A DNA stretch of 64,000 bases from Oscillatoria sp. FACHB-1406 (GTDB taxonomy: Bacteria; Cyanobacteriota; Cyanobacteriia; Cyanobacteriales; Spirulinaceae): contig NZ_JACJSM010000001.1 of NCBI RefSeq assembly GCF_014698145.1, positions 152,633 to 216,632 of the forward strand. Direction: 5' to 3'. Of this stretch, positions 17,825 to 28,347 are shown piece by piece. The notes under the pieces were generated by a model, which worked only from the letters and a program-made list of their open reading frames with translations, did no database searches and was not told where the DNA came from. Each line of letters begins with the position of its first letter. Position 1 is the stretch's first letter. Position numbers and translations under genes: made by a program.

Positions 17825-18872
17825 ACCGTTCGATAATGCCGCCCCCTAACACCCTTTCGCCATCGTAGAGTACCGCAGCTTGTCCGGGCGTAATCCCGAA
17901 TTGCGGCTCGTCAAAGTTTAACTGAAAGCGCCCTTCACCTAAAGCAATAACCGTTACATTTGCCGGTTGGCTGCGATAGCGCACCTGCGCCTGACAGCGG
18001 ATGGGTGCGGTGGGTTCGGGAATCGAAACCCAATTCAACCGCGTTACCGTACAATTGGGCTGCGTGGCTTGTTCGCGAGAACCGACGACAACGCGATTCA
18101 TCGCCGGGTCGAGTTGCATCACGTACAGGGGTTCGGGGGCGGATACGCCTAGCCCTTTGCGCTGTCCGATGGTGTAGTGGTGCACGCCGCTATGTTTGCC
18201 CAAAACGTTGCCGCTGGGATCGACGATTTCCCCTTCTTTGGAGGTAATGTAGCGATCGAGGAATTCTTGCATAGAACCGTGCGCTTCTACTAAGCATAAA
18301 TCCTGACTTTCTGCTTTTTGAGCGGTTTTGAGGTTGTATTGTGCGGCGAGGCGGCGGGTTTCCTCTTTGGTAATTTCACCGAGAGGAAAGAGGGAACCCG
18401 CCAAAAGGTCTTGGGTGAGGTCGTAGAGGAAGTAGGATTGATCTTTGTTGGAGTCAACGGCGCGCAGGAGTTGATAGCGTCCGGTGGTTTCGTCGTAGCG
18501 GATGCGGGCGTAGTGTCCGGTGGCGATGCGATCGCAGCCCAAAGTTTTCCGAGCATATTGGAGCATCGGGCCGAATTTTACCGCGCGGTTGCACTGAGAG
18601 CAAGGCAACGGCGTAATCCCCGCTTCGTAACCGGAGACGAGATAATCGATAATATGAGTTTGGAAAATATCGCGCGTATCGACGATGTGATGGGGAATTC
18701 CTAACTGTTCGCAGATAAATGCTGCATCCACCATCCCTTCAGAACAGCATTGCCCTTTCCCTTTCATCAACCAAAGGGTTAAACCGATGACTTCGTAACC
18801 TTGACGGCGCAAGGTTGCCGCTGCCACCGAACTATCTACGCCTCCCGATAACCCAACAACGACTTTACTCAT
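17805..18872 (-). CDS. mnmA: tRNA-specific 2-thiouridylase
   Basis: [23 protein letters not shown]-loop motif and MnmA-like sequence throughout. The start was chosen at the MSKVV Met. Confidence 0.85.
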   Translation of the reverse strand: MSKVVVGLSGGVDSSVAAATLRRQGYEVIGLTLWLMKGKGQCCSEGMVDAAFICEQLGIPHHIVDTRDIFQTHIIDYLVSGYEAGITPLPCSQCNRAVKFGPMLQYARKTLGCDRIATGHYARIRYDETTGRYQLLRAVDSNKDQSYFLYDLTQDLLAGSLFPLGEITKEETRRLAAQYNLKTAQKAESQDLCLVEAHGSMQEFLDRYITSKEGEIVDPSGNVLGKHSGVHHYTIGQRKGLGVSAPEPLYVMQLDPAMNRVVVGSREQATQPNCTVTRLNWVSIPEPTAPIRCQAQVRYRSQPANVTVIALGEGRFQLNFDEPQFGITPGQAAVLYDGERVLGGGIIERFGAIAS

Positions 18873-18959
18873 TTTTTTTCGCAACCCAACGCACTGAAAA
18901 CCTAAAATTGTCACTATTTACTATGATAGTGCGATCGCTTTATCCAACTGAGGAAAATT

Positions 18960-19664
18960 ATGACTGCGTTATTAATTGTTGGCACGGATACGGATGTTGG
19001 TAAAACGATTTTGACGACAGCATTAGCCGCTTACTGGTTTGCCCGTCGATCGCGCGATACCCTCGCCCTCCTCAAATTGATGCAAACCGGAGTTGGCGAT
19101 TGCGAAACCTACCAGCGCTTATTTGCCCTCTCCCAACCGCCAGAAACATTAGTACCGATACGTTTTGCAGCACCTCTCGCACCGCCCATCGCTGCTGCAA
19201 AGGAGGGACGCGCGATCGATTTAGCCCCTGTTTGGCAAACGTTGTGTCGCTTGCAGCAGGATTATGAGTTCGTTCTAGTGGAGGCGTTGGGCGGGTTGGG
19301 AACGCCGGTGACGGATGAGTTAATCGTGGCGGATTTGGCGCGAGATTGGCAGTTGGAGGCGGTTTTAGTTGTTCCGGTGCGTTTGGGTGCGATCGCGCAA
19401 ACGGTTGCAAATGTCGCCCTTGCACGTCAAGCTAAGGTTAAGCTCAAAGGAATTATCCTCAATTGCAATTGTGTCGATGCAGAATCCCGCATTGAGGACT
19501 TGACTCCCATCGATTTGATGGAAGCATTAACCCATCTTCCCGTTCTCGGTATCATTCCTTATCTGAACGACATCAATAACTTGACAGAATTAGAAAAATG
19601 TGCATCTAATCTCGATTTGGAACGATTGTTACCCGCACCAAAGTATCTTGCATCTCGTGCCTAG
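18960..19664 (+). CDS. bioD: dethiobiotin synthase
   Basis: MTALLIVGTDTDVGKTILTTALAAYW P-loop; length 234 aa. Confidence 0.85.
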   Translation: MTALLIVGTDTDVGKTILTTALAAYWFARRSRDTLALLKLMQTGVGDCETYQRLFALSQPPETLVPIRFAAPLAPPIAAAKEGRAIDLAPVWQTLCRLQQDYEFVLVEALGGLGTPVTDELIVADLARDWQLEAVLVVPVRLGAIAQTVANVALARQAKVKLKGIILNCNCVDAESRIEDLTPIDLMEALTHLPVLGIIPYLNDINNLTELEKCASNLDLERLLPAPKYLASRA

Positions 19665-19667
19665 GGT

Positions 19668-20069
19668 TTAGCGATCGCGGCAACCGAAAGGATAATTAGA
19701 ACGATAAGTGCTGGAACGCTTGCCAAACCAAGGATAGCGGTTATCGCGGATTTGTTCGTAGGCGCGATCGCCCAACCATTTTACCCCCGGCAAGGAACGG
19801 TAGAACGCGATCGCACCTTCCCCCATCGGCAGCAAGTTCGCGATTTCCTCCGCCGCATCGCTTCCTTGCCAGCGTCGCGCCGGATCGTTACCATCGATTA
19901 AAATCATGCCCATTTCGCAATCTTGCGGCGTAATCCCGAATTTGGTCAACGATTCGCGATCTTGCATCGGAATATAGTCAAATCGTTCGCCTTTATCAAA
20001 GTTTTCCAACCATTGCGTAAAGGTCGTACAGAGATTGCAGTTGCCGTCGTAAATAACGTGATAAGTCAC
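19668..20069 (-). CDS. DCC1-like thiol-disulfide oxidoreductase family protein (DUF393)
   Basis: MTYHVIYDGNCNLCTTFTQWL matches the N-terminal CxxC signature of the DUF393 family. Confidence 0.7.
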   Translation of the reverse strand: MTYHVIYDGNCNLCTTFTQWLENFDKGERFDYIPMQDRESLTKFGITPQDCEMGMILIDGNDPARRWQGSDAAEEIANLLPMGEGAIAFYRSLPGVKWLGDRAYEQIRDNRYPWFGKRSSTYRSNYPFGCRDR

Positions 20070-20525
20070 GGTTGAATGAGAAATGAAAAAATTAAAATTG
20101 CGAAGAACGCATATTTTCTCTATTTTAGCTATATTTGTTACATAATTTCACAAAAAATCCAATTATCGTTCGGGGGACTTCTGAAATAAGGAATCCATAG
20201 CATGAGTGCAACTCAAACTTGTCCGGCTTGCCGCGTCTCGATTACCAACGATCTCGTCCATTTTTCTAACGGCAGCCCAGGAACGCGGGCGCGCTTATAC
20301 GCTCGCGTGTGCCAGTTCGCAGCGCAGCAGGGCTGCATCAATAAAGATCCCGAGAAAATTGGCATGGTAACGGCACAAGACAGTTTTTCACCGGGCAGAC
20401 CAATCCAGAAACCTTAGTGAGAGTTAGATGGGAGTTCTAGATACCAGGTTTCTGCTTAAAATTTGTGGAGTGGTTTTTAAAAAGCAACTGACAGAAACCT
20501 GGTTATTTGTCTATCGTAAAAAATA

Positions 20526-21008
20526 TTACAAGCCTGACTTTCGGTTCTTTTTACCACTTAAAAAGTAGGTTAAAGCAGCGATAACGAGGGCAATACTCAC
20601 GCCGAAGGGTAAAATATTAGGATTGCCTTCCCATCGTATAGCCTGTCCCAAAAATACGACACTCAAAAGCACGACAACAACGCTCGTAAGTTTGCCTTTG
20701 AGGTCATCAATATCGTGAATCTCTAGCCATTCTGGAACCTTAATCCGATCGTCGATAAAAAGTTCGTATAGTCCTAATGCAGTGATATAAAAGACAGTCG
20801 CGAGCAAAAACAAATCGATAATTTCAATACAGGATAAAACTAACGTTTTTGCCCCTTTGCTAGAAACCTCACCCTCTGAAAATAAGTGCAGTATTGTTAC
20901 AACAGTCTGTAAGGCTCCGTAGATCGAAACAGTGAGAGATGCGAGAAACGAACAAATTACTGAAATCAGAACTAATTGTCGGCTCCCTGTCAAAATACGA
21001 TGGAACAT
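20526..21008 (-). CDS. YqhA/UPF0114 family membrane protein
   Basis: Four predicted TM segments and a family-like pattern (LISVICSFLASLTVSIYGA...LFLLATVFYITALGLYELFI). Confidence 0.55.
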   Translation of the reverse strand: MFHRILTGSRQLVLISVICSFLASLTVSIYGALQTVVTILHLFSEGEVSSKGAKTLVLSCIEIIDLFLLATVFYITALGLYELFIDDRIKVPEWLEIHDIDDLKGKLTSVVVVLLSVVFLGQAIRWEGNPNILPFGVSIALVIAALTYFLSGKKNRKSGL

Positions 21009-21116
21009 AAGTTTTTGAAACTTTCACTTTCGAGTTATGCAGTTAGCGCAGTAAAGTAACAGCAGCTTTACCCCAATATTAAAAACATTGTACTAGCAGC
21101 GTGATTTAAATAAGCT

Positions 21117-21791
21117 CTAAAGCGAAATTTGGGTAATAGAAATATTGCCGCTGAAACAAACATCGACATCCGTACCGGGGGTGCGATCGCGCAAACCATA
21201 CTTTCCGGTGTAATGATATAAGTCTCCCTCCCTGCGATACTCAACGGGTAAAGGATCCTTACTCAGCGGACAAAAGACGATTTCCGGTTCTTCCGTACCC
21301 GGTTCTAAATGGGGTAAATTGACATTCCAAAAGCTATACGGCGGCAGCGGCAGCGCAAATAACATCTCTAAAACTTTTGTCGCCCGCTGCGTCGCTTCGT
21401 CCCAATTGATGCGTAACGGACTTTTAATCCAATGGGAAATCGCAATTCCTGGAATACCGTGGATGGCAGCTTCGCGCACTGCGGCTACCGTACCGGAAAT
21501 ATAAACATCAACGCCTAAGTTCCCACCCGCATTGATTCCCGACAGTACCCAATCGATTTTGGGGACGGTTCTTAAGGCAATGCGCGTGCAATCTGCGGGC
21601 GTTCCCCCAACGGCGTATTCAGTGTCCGAGCGTTTTTCTACGGAAATCGGGAGATGCGTCGTAGTTTGGTGTCCGCACCCAGAGAGTTGGGCTTGGGGCG
21701 CAAAAAAAATACCTTTACCGCCAATGGCGTTGTGCAAGGCTCGAATTCCGGGCGCGTCGATACCGTCGTCGTTGGTTAAAATTAGGGTCAT
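21117..21791 (-). CDS. surE: 5'/3'-nucleotidase SurE
   Basis: MTLILTNDDGIDAPGIRAL N-terminus. Confidence 0.85.
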   Translation of the reverse strand: MTLILTNDDGIDAPGIRALHNAIGGKGIFFAPQAQLSGCGHQTTTHLPISVEKRSDTEYAVGGTPADCTRIALRTVPKIDWVLSGINAGGNLGVDVYISGTVAAVREAAIHGIPGIAISHWIKSPLRINWDEATQRATKVLEMLFALPLPPYSFWNVNLPHLEPGTEEPEIVFCPLSKDPLPVEYRREGDLYHYTGKYGLRDRTPGTDVDVCFSGNISITQISL

Positions 21792-22009
21792 GCGCGGATT
21801 TTAAAAGAAATTGTTGTCCTACGTTACCGAAAAATTGGGTATAAGCCTCGCCTTCTGGTTAAAAGGGTTGTGGAGTGCGAAGTGTAATATACCGATTTGG
21901 TGCGTTACGGCGCGCTGAAAAATCTATTGTTTCCCTCCAAGATTTAGTTCGCGCCTAACGCACCCTACTGCCTAAATTTACCTTCGGCGTAATTTTGAAT
22001 TTTGTATTC

Positions 22010-24283
22010 TTACTCGTCTTCTAAGTCCTCGCTGCTAGCTTCGCTACCGCCGCTGACGGTTACGAGGTCGATTTGTTGGCGATAGTAGTCTACACTCTTA
22101 ACCTGCACTTCGACGCGATCGCCGAGACGATAGGCTTGTCGATATTTGCGTCCCACCAAACAACTGTGGCGGGAACGATATTCGTACCAGTCGTCTTTGA
22201 GGGAACTGACGTGAACCAATCCTTCGACTAATAATTCTTCGATTTCAACGAAGAACCCGTAGGATTGCACGCCGGTAATTAACCCTTGGAAGACTTCGCC
22301 GGTGCGTTCTTTCATCTGTTCGGCTTTTTTAAGGCCTTCTAGGTCGCTTTCGGCATCTTGGGCAATTTTATCGCGTTCGTTGAGGTGGGCGATCGCGCCA
22401 GCAATTTCCTGTTCCCAATGGGTTTGTACCGCAGTGGGAAGGACGTTCCAGTTAATTTCTGCGGGTGCGGTGCTGCTGCCGAGGTTCACGCCAGCTTTAG
22501 TCCGGGAGGAACGGCGATCGCGTCCTTCGTCGAATAAAGTGTGAATGAGCCACTGTACGAGCAAATCGCCGTAGCGCTGACCGGGCGAAACGCACTGGCA
22601 ATAGCCCTCAGTATAAGCAAGACCAAAGTTTCGCCCCGGATGCGTGCTATAGCTGCGCTGCCGCAATGTCGCTCTTAGGAAGTGAGTTAAGATTTTGGGG
22701 ACGGGAGAATTTATCGCCTGCTCGACGAAATGCTGGTAGTGTTGGGGACTGACTTCTTCTTCCAGTTCTGGCACCAGATCTAATCCCAAATTATTCCCCA
22801 GTTTAATAAAGTCTTCGAGTTCCATCATATCGGGATCGCCTTGGACGCAGTACAAACAGGGAAGCGAGAGGGCGTTGAAGTGTTTGGCGATGGCTTCTCC
22901 AGCCAAAACCATTAGTTCGGCTTGCATCGACCATAAGGGGAGGGAACTGGATGTTGCGATCGCGCCAAGGCGAGAATCATCTTTATAGGGCGAGTATTGC
23001 GTTTCTAACGGTAGCTCGAAACCACCGCGCTGCAAGCGTTTTGCCCGTACCAACGGACTCAATACAAAAAAGAGGTCGTGCAGCATCGTCGCCACCGGCT
23101 GCATTTCCGATTCGCTCTCATCCGATTGTAGGAGCGTTTGCGCTTGTTGATAGGTCAGTTGGGCATCAACTTTAATCGCGCTGGGTTGAATGTCAAACTC
23201 GACGACGTTTCCTTCGCTATCTAAGGTTAATAATACAGAAATCGTTAGGTTTTCTCGCTCCGGTAACAAGCAGCAGCGGCGATAGACGGCTTCGGGATAG
23301 AGGGGAAGGATGAGTTCGCCCAAATAGACTGCTGTACCGCGTTTGCGGGCATCTCGCGCGATCGCGGATTCTGGCTCGACGTAATGGCCGAAGTCGGCGA
23401 TATGAATCCCTAGTTGCCATTGTCCGTCTTTTAGCTTTTGTAACGTCAGAGCATTTTCGACGAGCGGAACGCCTTCTACTTTTAAAGTTTTTTCGCTATC
23501 GAGGGTCAAGGTGAGGAGCGATCGCAAATCGAGGCGATTTTTTAACTCACTTTTCGCAATTTTCCCCGTTGAGGCGGGTTTGGGAAAGGATTTCACCGCC
23601 TCTAAGGTATGAATGCTAAAGGTTTGGGGCAGATCGTGCTTGCAACTGACAATATCGGTATCGGCAGCCGCTTCCGCATCGCTACCCAGGATTTTGGTGA
23701 CGCGCCCGAGGGGGAGGTTCGTACCGAGGGGATAGCGTCGAATTTCGACGTGAACGAGGTGATCGATCGCATCTTGAAGGCGTTCGTCGCTGCTGTCGAG
23801 TTCGACTTCAAACAGCAGGCGGTCGTCGAGGGGAACGGCGCGATAGCTGCTGCCGCTTTTTTTGATTCGCGCTAACAGCGAGGGATTGGCGCGATCGAGG
23901 ATCAGGGCAACTTCGCCTTCTGGGGAACGGCGGCGATTGCCTTCTTTAATCGTTTTCACGAAAACGCGATCGCCATTCCAAGCATTACTCAAATGGCTTT
24001 CCCGAATGTAAATATCGTCCGCATCTTCTTGGTCTTGAATCGCAAAGCAAAAACCCTTGCTCGAACAGCGCAATTTTGCTTCCACAAATTGTTCGTCAAT
24101 CGACGTGCGGTATTTACCGAGTTCTTTACTTAAAATTCCGATCTTTTCAAGAACATCGAGTATAATCTCCAATTTCTCTGCTTCTTCATCGCTTTGACAA
24201 TTGAGTTTTTTCTTTAAATCTTTAGCGCCCATCAGTTTGTGATGGCTGAATTGAGATAACAATGTAGCGATTGAAAATTCCAT
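22010..24283 (-). CDS. RNB-family exoribonuclease (RNase R/RNase II-like) with a C-terminal S1 domain
   Basis: RNB catalytic region and a C-terminal S1 domain (GEVFQGLITGVQSYGFFVEIEELLVEGLVHVSSL); 757 aa. Confidence 0.85.
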   Translation of the reverse strand: MEFSIATLLSQFSHHKLMGAKDLKKKLNCQSDEEAEKLEIILDVLEKIGILSKELGKYRTSIDEQFVEAKLRCSSKGFCFAIQDQEDADDIYIRESHLSNAWNGDRVFVKTIKEGNRRRSPEGEVALILDRANPSLLARIKKSGSSYRAVPLDDRLLFEVELDSSDERLQDAIDHLVHVEIRRYPLGTNLPLGRVTKILGSDAEAAADTDIVSCKHDLPQTFSIHTLEAVKSFPKPASTGKIAKSELKNRLDLRSLLTLTLDSEKTLKVEGVPLVENALTLQKLKDGQWQLGIHIADFGHYVEPESAIARDARKRGTAVYLGELILPLYPEAVYRRCCLLPERENLTISVLLTLDSEGNVVEFDIQPSAIKVDAQLTYQQAQTLLQSDESESEMQPVATMLHDLFFVLSPLVRAKRLQRGGFELPLETQYSPYKDDSRLGAIATSSSLPLWSMQAELMVLAGEAIAKHFNALSLPCLYCVQGDPDMMELEDFIKLGNNLGLDLVPELEEEVSPQHYQHFVEQAINSPVPKILTHFLRATLRQRSYSTHPGRNFGLAYTEGYCQCVSPGQRYGDLLVQWLIHTLFDEGRDRRSSRTKAGVNLGSSTAPAEINWNVLPTAVQTHWEQEIAGAIAHLNERDKIAQDAESDLEGLKKAEQMKERTGEVFQGLITGVQSYGFFVEIEELLVEGLVHVSSLKDDWYEYRSRHSCLVGRKYRQAYRLGDRVEVQVKSVDYYRQQIDLVTVSGGSEASSEDLEDE

Positions 24284-24983
24284 TTCAGTGCAATCCTTTG
24301 AATTCGAGCAGAGGGGTGGAAGGGTTTAGCTCTCGCAAGGTCGAAGTAGAGCGGGAAATCCTTGCTTGCGTTGTCGCTGTTTGTAGTTGAGGAGAAACAA
24401 TAACGCGACTCCGATTCAAACAGAATCGTTTTAACAGTTGCATCCATTCAAATTCCCGCCCCCACTCTCAGCGAAGAGATAGCAGAGAAATCGAAGCGAC
24501 CCATACAAGTCTTGGGAATTTGGCCAGAACGAACCTCGTTTCTCGACCGCTGCTTGGCACCGCCCTTCTCCAGAGAATCGACAACTTCTGTTCCCGATGA
24601 GATTGAAGTTGCCGCAGTGCTTTTGGGTTCAAACAGCCTTTCATCATTTTAGGGGTTAATGGGCCGTCTTTGAACAGCGATTCGTTATTCGTTCTGCCGC
24701 TCTTAAGGAGCCGGAATTTTAGGTATGCCTCGCTCGGGTATTGGCAAAGGTCGCGCTCAGGGGGGTAGAATCAGGACAAATGTTCTCTTAGGGGGCAAGA
24801 TTTTGCGAAAATAGAAATGGTATAACACTACGGGGTTACTTCTCTGTGTTTGCGATCGCGAGTTAGAGCCATCGCCAAGGCAGTTAGGACAAATTTGGGT
24901 AGGGGCGAATGCGATTTGCCCGGTTTTCTACCGCTCGGACTGTCCTCATTGATGTGTCTGTTGCTAGAGCTAGTGAATAAATT

Positions 24984-25874
24984 ATGTTTCATCAATTCCG
25001 CAGTTATTATCCTCAAGGAAGTCTGATTAGCGAGTTAGTTACGGTTGAATACGGGCGCTATGTCGTCCGCGCGAGCGCGCGCGTCGATGGAGTTACCCTA
25101 GCAACGAGTCTGGCTTCTAGCGATACCGTAGAAGCAGCCGAAGATAATGCTAGGAGCCGCTTAATGGCTTTCCTCGGAGTCGGAGACGCACCGCTACCGG
25201 AACCTGTCCCTTCGCCCGCTCCCGCTCTCGCTGCGGAAAGCTTTCGGACTTTTCCCGCCCCAAGCGTCGCGCCGGAACCGGAACCGCTTGCTGTTGAGGA
25301 ACCGCTACCGGAACCCGAACTTCTCGCTGTTGAGAAACCGCTACCCGAACCCGAACCTATTGCTGTTGAGGAACCACTACCGGAACCGGAACCGCTTACT
25401 GTTGAGGAACCGCTACCAGAACCGGAACCGCTTGCTGTTGAGGAACCGCTACCGGAACCCGAATTTCTCGCTGTTGAGGAACCGCTACCAGAACCCGAAC
25501 CTCTCGATGTTGAGGAACCGTCGCCCCCGCCCAAATCTCGCAAGAAAAAAGCGCCTCCTACCCCCGAACCGGAGGAGTTCAGCACTTCTGAAGAATTCTT
25601 GCAGCCCGAAGCCGAGGCAGTACCGAGCGCTACTGTCGAAACCGTTACCGAAACTCCAGTTCGGGCTGCACCGCCGCCAATCCCTCCTAATATTCCGAGC
25701 GATCCTCTTGCGGCGATGATTCAAACGGGCGTAGAGATAAAGCGGTTAGGGTGGACGACGGAACAAGGGCGGGCTTATCTGCTGGAAACTTACGGCAAGC
25801 GATCGCGCCAAATGCTCACGGATGAGGAGTTATTCGAGTTCCTGACTTACTTGCAAAGTCAACCGTCCCCTTAA
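24984..25874 (+). CDS. hypothetical protein with a Pro/Glu-rich 9-aa tandem repeat region
   Basis: About ten copies of EEPLPEPEP(L/I)AV (27-nt period) lie between conserved-looking N- and C-terminal domains. The antisense Gly/Ser ORF 25058..25585 is an artefact. Confidence 0.5.
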   Translation: MFHQFRSYYPQGSLISELVTVEYGRYVVRASARVDGVTLATSLASSDTVEAAEDNARSRLMAFLGVGDAPLPEPVPSPAPALAAESFRTFPAPSVAPEPEPLAVEEPLPEPELLAVEKPLPEPEPIAVEEPLPEPEPLTVEEPLPEPEPLAVEEPLPEPEFLAVEEPLPEPEPLDVEEPSPPPKSRKKKAPPTPEPEEFSTSEEFLQPEAEAVPSATVETVTETPVRAAPPPIPPNIPSDPLAAMIQTGVEIKRLGWTTEQGRAYLLETYGKRSRQMLTDEELFEFLTYLQSQPSP

Positions 25875-25879
25875 TTGAA

Positions 25880-26095
25880 TTATCCCTCAACGGTGTGACC
25901 GACGGCCGCGATCGCGTCCTTAATTTCCGCCTCCGAGCGCTGCGATTCAATCTCCGCCGTCTTCGCACTCAAATCTACCTTGACTTTAGCATCAGCATCG
26001 AGGGCAGCGATCGCCTTCGTAATCGTATCCGCACAGCCCTCGCAAACGATGCTGGGAACTTTCAGTTGAATTGACATAGATTTAACAGCTTCCAC
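25880..26095 (-). CDS. heavy-metal-associated (HMA) domain copper chaperone-like protein
   Basis: 71 aa, MSIQLKVPSIVCEGCADTITKAI, with a CxxC metal-binding motif in a ferredoxin-like fold pattern. Confidence 0.7.
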   Translation of the reverse strand: MEAVKSMSIQLKVPSIVCEGCADTITKAIAALDADAKVKVDLSAKTAEIESQRSEAEIKDAIAAVGHTVEG

Positions 26096-26220
26096 AGTTA
26101 AAGTAAGAGTAGGGTTTATTCTAGCGAACTGATTGCAAGGGAAGATAGTATAAGCCGGACTTTTCTAAGCGATGAGCGGTAACGGCTCGTCTGGGCGGCA
26201 ATTGAGGGATTCACCAAATT

Positions 26221-28296
26221 ATGGGTTTAGAGCGTTCCAAAAATCTTCAGGCAGCACAGGAAAAAATTTACCGCTTTTTTCTTAAATTAGTTCGACACGA
26301 GCCACCAGAAACAGTTCTCGAACGTTTTAAAAATCTTTTTGTATTTGGGGTTGATTCTCTAGCGCCGGAAATTCAACAAGCTTTATACGACATTATTTTA
26401 AGTCGCGACGAACTCATTTTTAAAAATACCTTTAAAAGAACTTGTTACATTATTACCAATAATTGGATTTCAGAAAATCGCGCCCACTACATCGATAAAT
26501 TAGTTGAAATCATTGCTGAAGTTAAAGAACATACACAAACGCTCTCGCGGAGTTTAAGTTGTCTGAGAACCTGGATTAGCAACTTTATTGAAACAGAAGA
26601 TTATCAAGAAATCAAGCGCATTTCTGAATTTTATTCAAGAGACTCGAAAAAATCTTGGAATCAACGTTATACTTCCTTTTTGTTAGTCCCTCAATATCTC
26701 GACTTAGAAAACCCGAAAGAACAGCGAGAAATTGCAAAAAAATTATCCGACGAACTCAAGAACAAATACAAGTCAGATTTAGCCCTATTCTCTGCCCACA
26801 ATCCCCTTCGAGCCACTCCTCCCGTTCGAGAAAATCCCACTCATCTCGGACAAGACGCGATCGCGATTGTTAAAAATATCGTCGCCCAAAATCTCCGGTA
26901 CAGTTACGAACATCACTCTCGCGCTTTTATCGATACAGTGCGCGATGGTGACTACGAAAGCTTTAAATCGAGCTTGCAAGGTTATTTAACCTTCGGAGTT
27001 CCGAATCAACAAGCCGTCGAACTTCTCGATCGCAACATGAGCGCGAAAATACTAAATCTTTATCGAGAACGGAACGATTCTAACTTAACCTTAGAATTAT
27101 TGCTACGAACTTGTCGTCGTATTATTGAAATTTTAACAATCGAAGATGGAGCTACCCCTTCAAAGCTCTTTATTTTATTGAGCGATCGCGAAAAAGCGCT
27201 GAGTTTGTCAATGATTTTACTTAAAATAATTTTGATTTGTAAATACGCGCGGATTCACCTAGAAGCTTGCATCGCTAAACTGATTCAGTATTATGAAAAA
27301 GTTCCAGAACAAGAATGTCAGTGGTTCATCTATTTTTTAGAAGTTTTTAACGTTGTTTTTTCGGTTTACACTGAAAATATCAACTATAATCTCGTGCGCG
27401 TCGGCAACGGTACAGCGGCGGGGAAAAGCGCGATCGATCTCGAAGCCTATCGCGTTTTTCCGCAGTTGAAAAGTATGAACCTGCGCGAAAATGACTTGAA
27501 AAAGAGCGACTTACGCGGTCAAAACTTGAGCGCCGCCGACTTAAGAAAAGCCAATCTTAGCGGTGCAGATTTAAGCGAAACCGACCTAAGTTTAGCAAAA
27601 TTTGCCTTTGCCAACTTGAACAATGCAATTCTCGATCGCGCCGATTTAGTAGCAGCGAACTTATCTGAAGCCAACTTGCAAGGAGCGAGTTTAAAACAAG
27701 CGATTTTGCGCCATAGCAATTTGCAAAAAGCCTGTCTCATTGGAGCAGATCTCAGTCAAGCACGCTTAAAGTTAGCCGACTTAACAGAAGCAAATTTAAG
27801 TCGCGCTTTCCTCAAACAAGCTGACTTTAGTCATGCTAACTTAGCCGGAGCTAATCTGACTGGAGCGAGTCTCAGTCGCGCCAACTTAACGGGAGCCAAT
27901 CTAACGGGAGCCAACCTAGCAGAAGCCAATCTGAGTGGAGCAAACTTAACGGGAGCCAACCTACAAGGAGCCAATCTCAAACGGACTTTTTTGCGCCGTG
28001 CCGTCCTCATCGATACGAGTTTGAGGCAAGCTATCTTATACCATGTAGAGTTGAGCTATGCGACTTTAACTAATGTGGATTTGAGCGAAGCAACTTTAGT
28101 GAATTCTTACTGTCGCCACGTCAAAATTGACGGGACGAATTTCAGGGATGCGCGCCTGATTAAAACAAATTTCTTTAAAACAAAATTGAACCGAGCGCAG
28201 GTTGAAAAAGCTCACTTTCAGGAAAGTTTGGGAATTTCTGCCCTGCAACAAAGAAAGCTCGAAGAACGAGGTGCAGTTTTTGAGGAGTTGCCCTGA
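26221..28296 (+). CDS. pentapeptide-repeat protein with a ~400-aa N-terminal domain of unknown function
   Basis: The C-terminal ~270 aa consist of A(D/N)LxxANLxx pentapeptide repeats. The N-terminal part is AT-rich relative to its neighbours. Confidence 0.8.
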   Translation: MGLERSKNLQAAQEKIYRFFLKLVRHEPPETVLERFKNLFVFGVDSLAPEIQQALYDIILSRDELIFKNTFKRTCYIITNNWISENRAHYIDKLVEIIAEVKEHTQTLSRSLSCLRTWISNFIETEDYQEIKRISEFYSRDSKKSWNQRYTSFLLVPQYLDLENPKEQREIAKKLSDELKNKYKSDLALFSAHNPLRATPPVRENPTHLGQDAIAIVKNIVAQNLRYSYEHHSRAFIDTVRDGDYESFKSSLQGYLTFGVPNQQAVELLDRNMSAKILNLYRERNDSNLTLELLLRTCRRIIEILTIEDGATPSKLFILLSDREKALSLSMILLKIILICKYARIHLEACIAKLIQYYEKVPEQECQWFIYFLEVFNVVFSVYTENINYNLVRVGNGTAAGKSAIDLEAYRVFPQLKSMNLRENDLKKSDLRGQNLSAADLRKANLSGADLSETDLSLAKFAFANLNNAILDRADLVAANLSEANLQGASLKQAILRHSNLQKACLIGADLSQARLKLADLTEANLSRAFLKQADFSHANLAGANLTGASLSRANLTGANLTGANLAEANLSGANLTGANLQGANLKRTFLRRAVLIDTSLRQAILYHVELSYATLTNVDLSEATLVNSYCRHVKIDGTNFRDARLIKTNFFKTKLNRAQVEKAHFQESLGISALQQRKLEERGAVFEELP

Positions 28297-28347
28297 CGCT
28301 TTAGAGCCATCCTTGGCATACAATTAAGTAATTAAGAGAAAAATCAT

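Noticed and set aside
25058-25585. Gly/Ser-rich 175-aa minus-strand ORF
   Set aside because: Antisense of the Pro/Glu nonapeptide repeat region.
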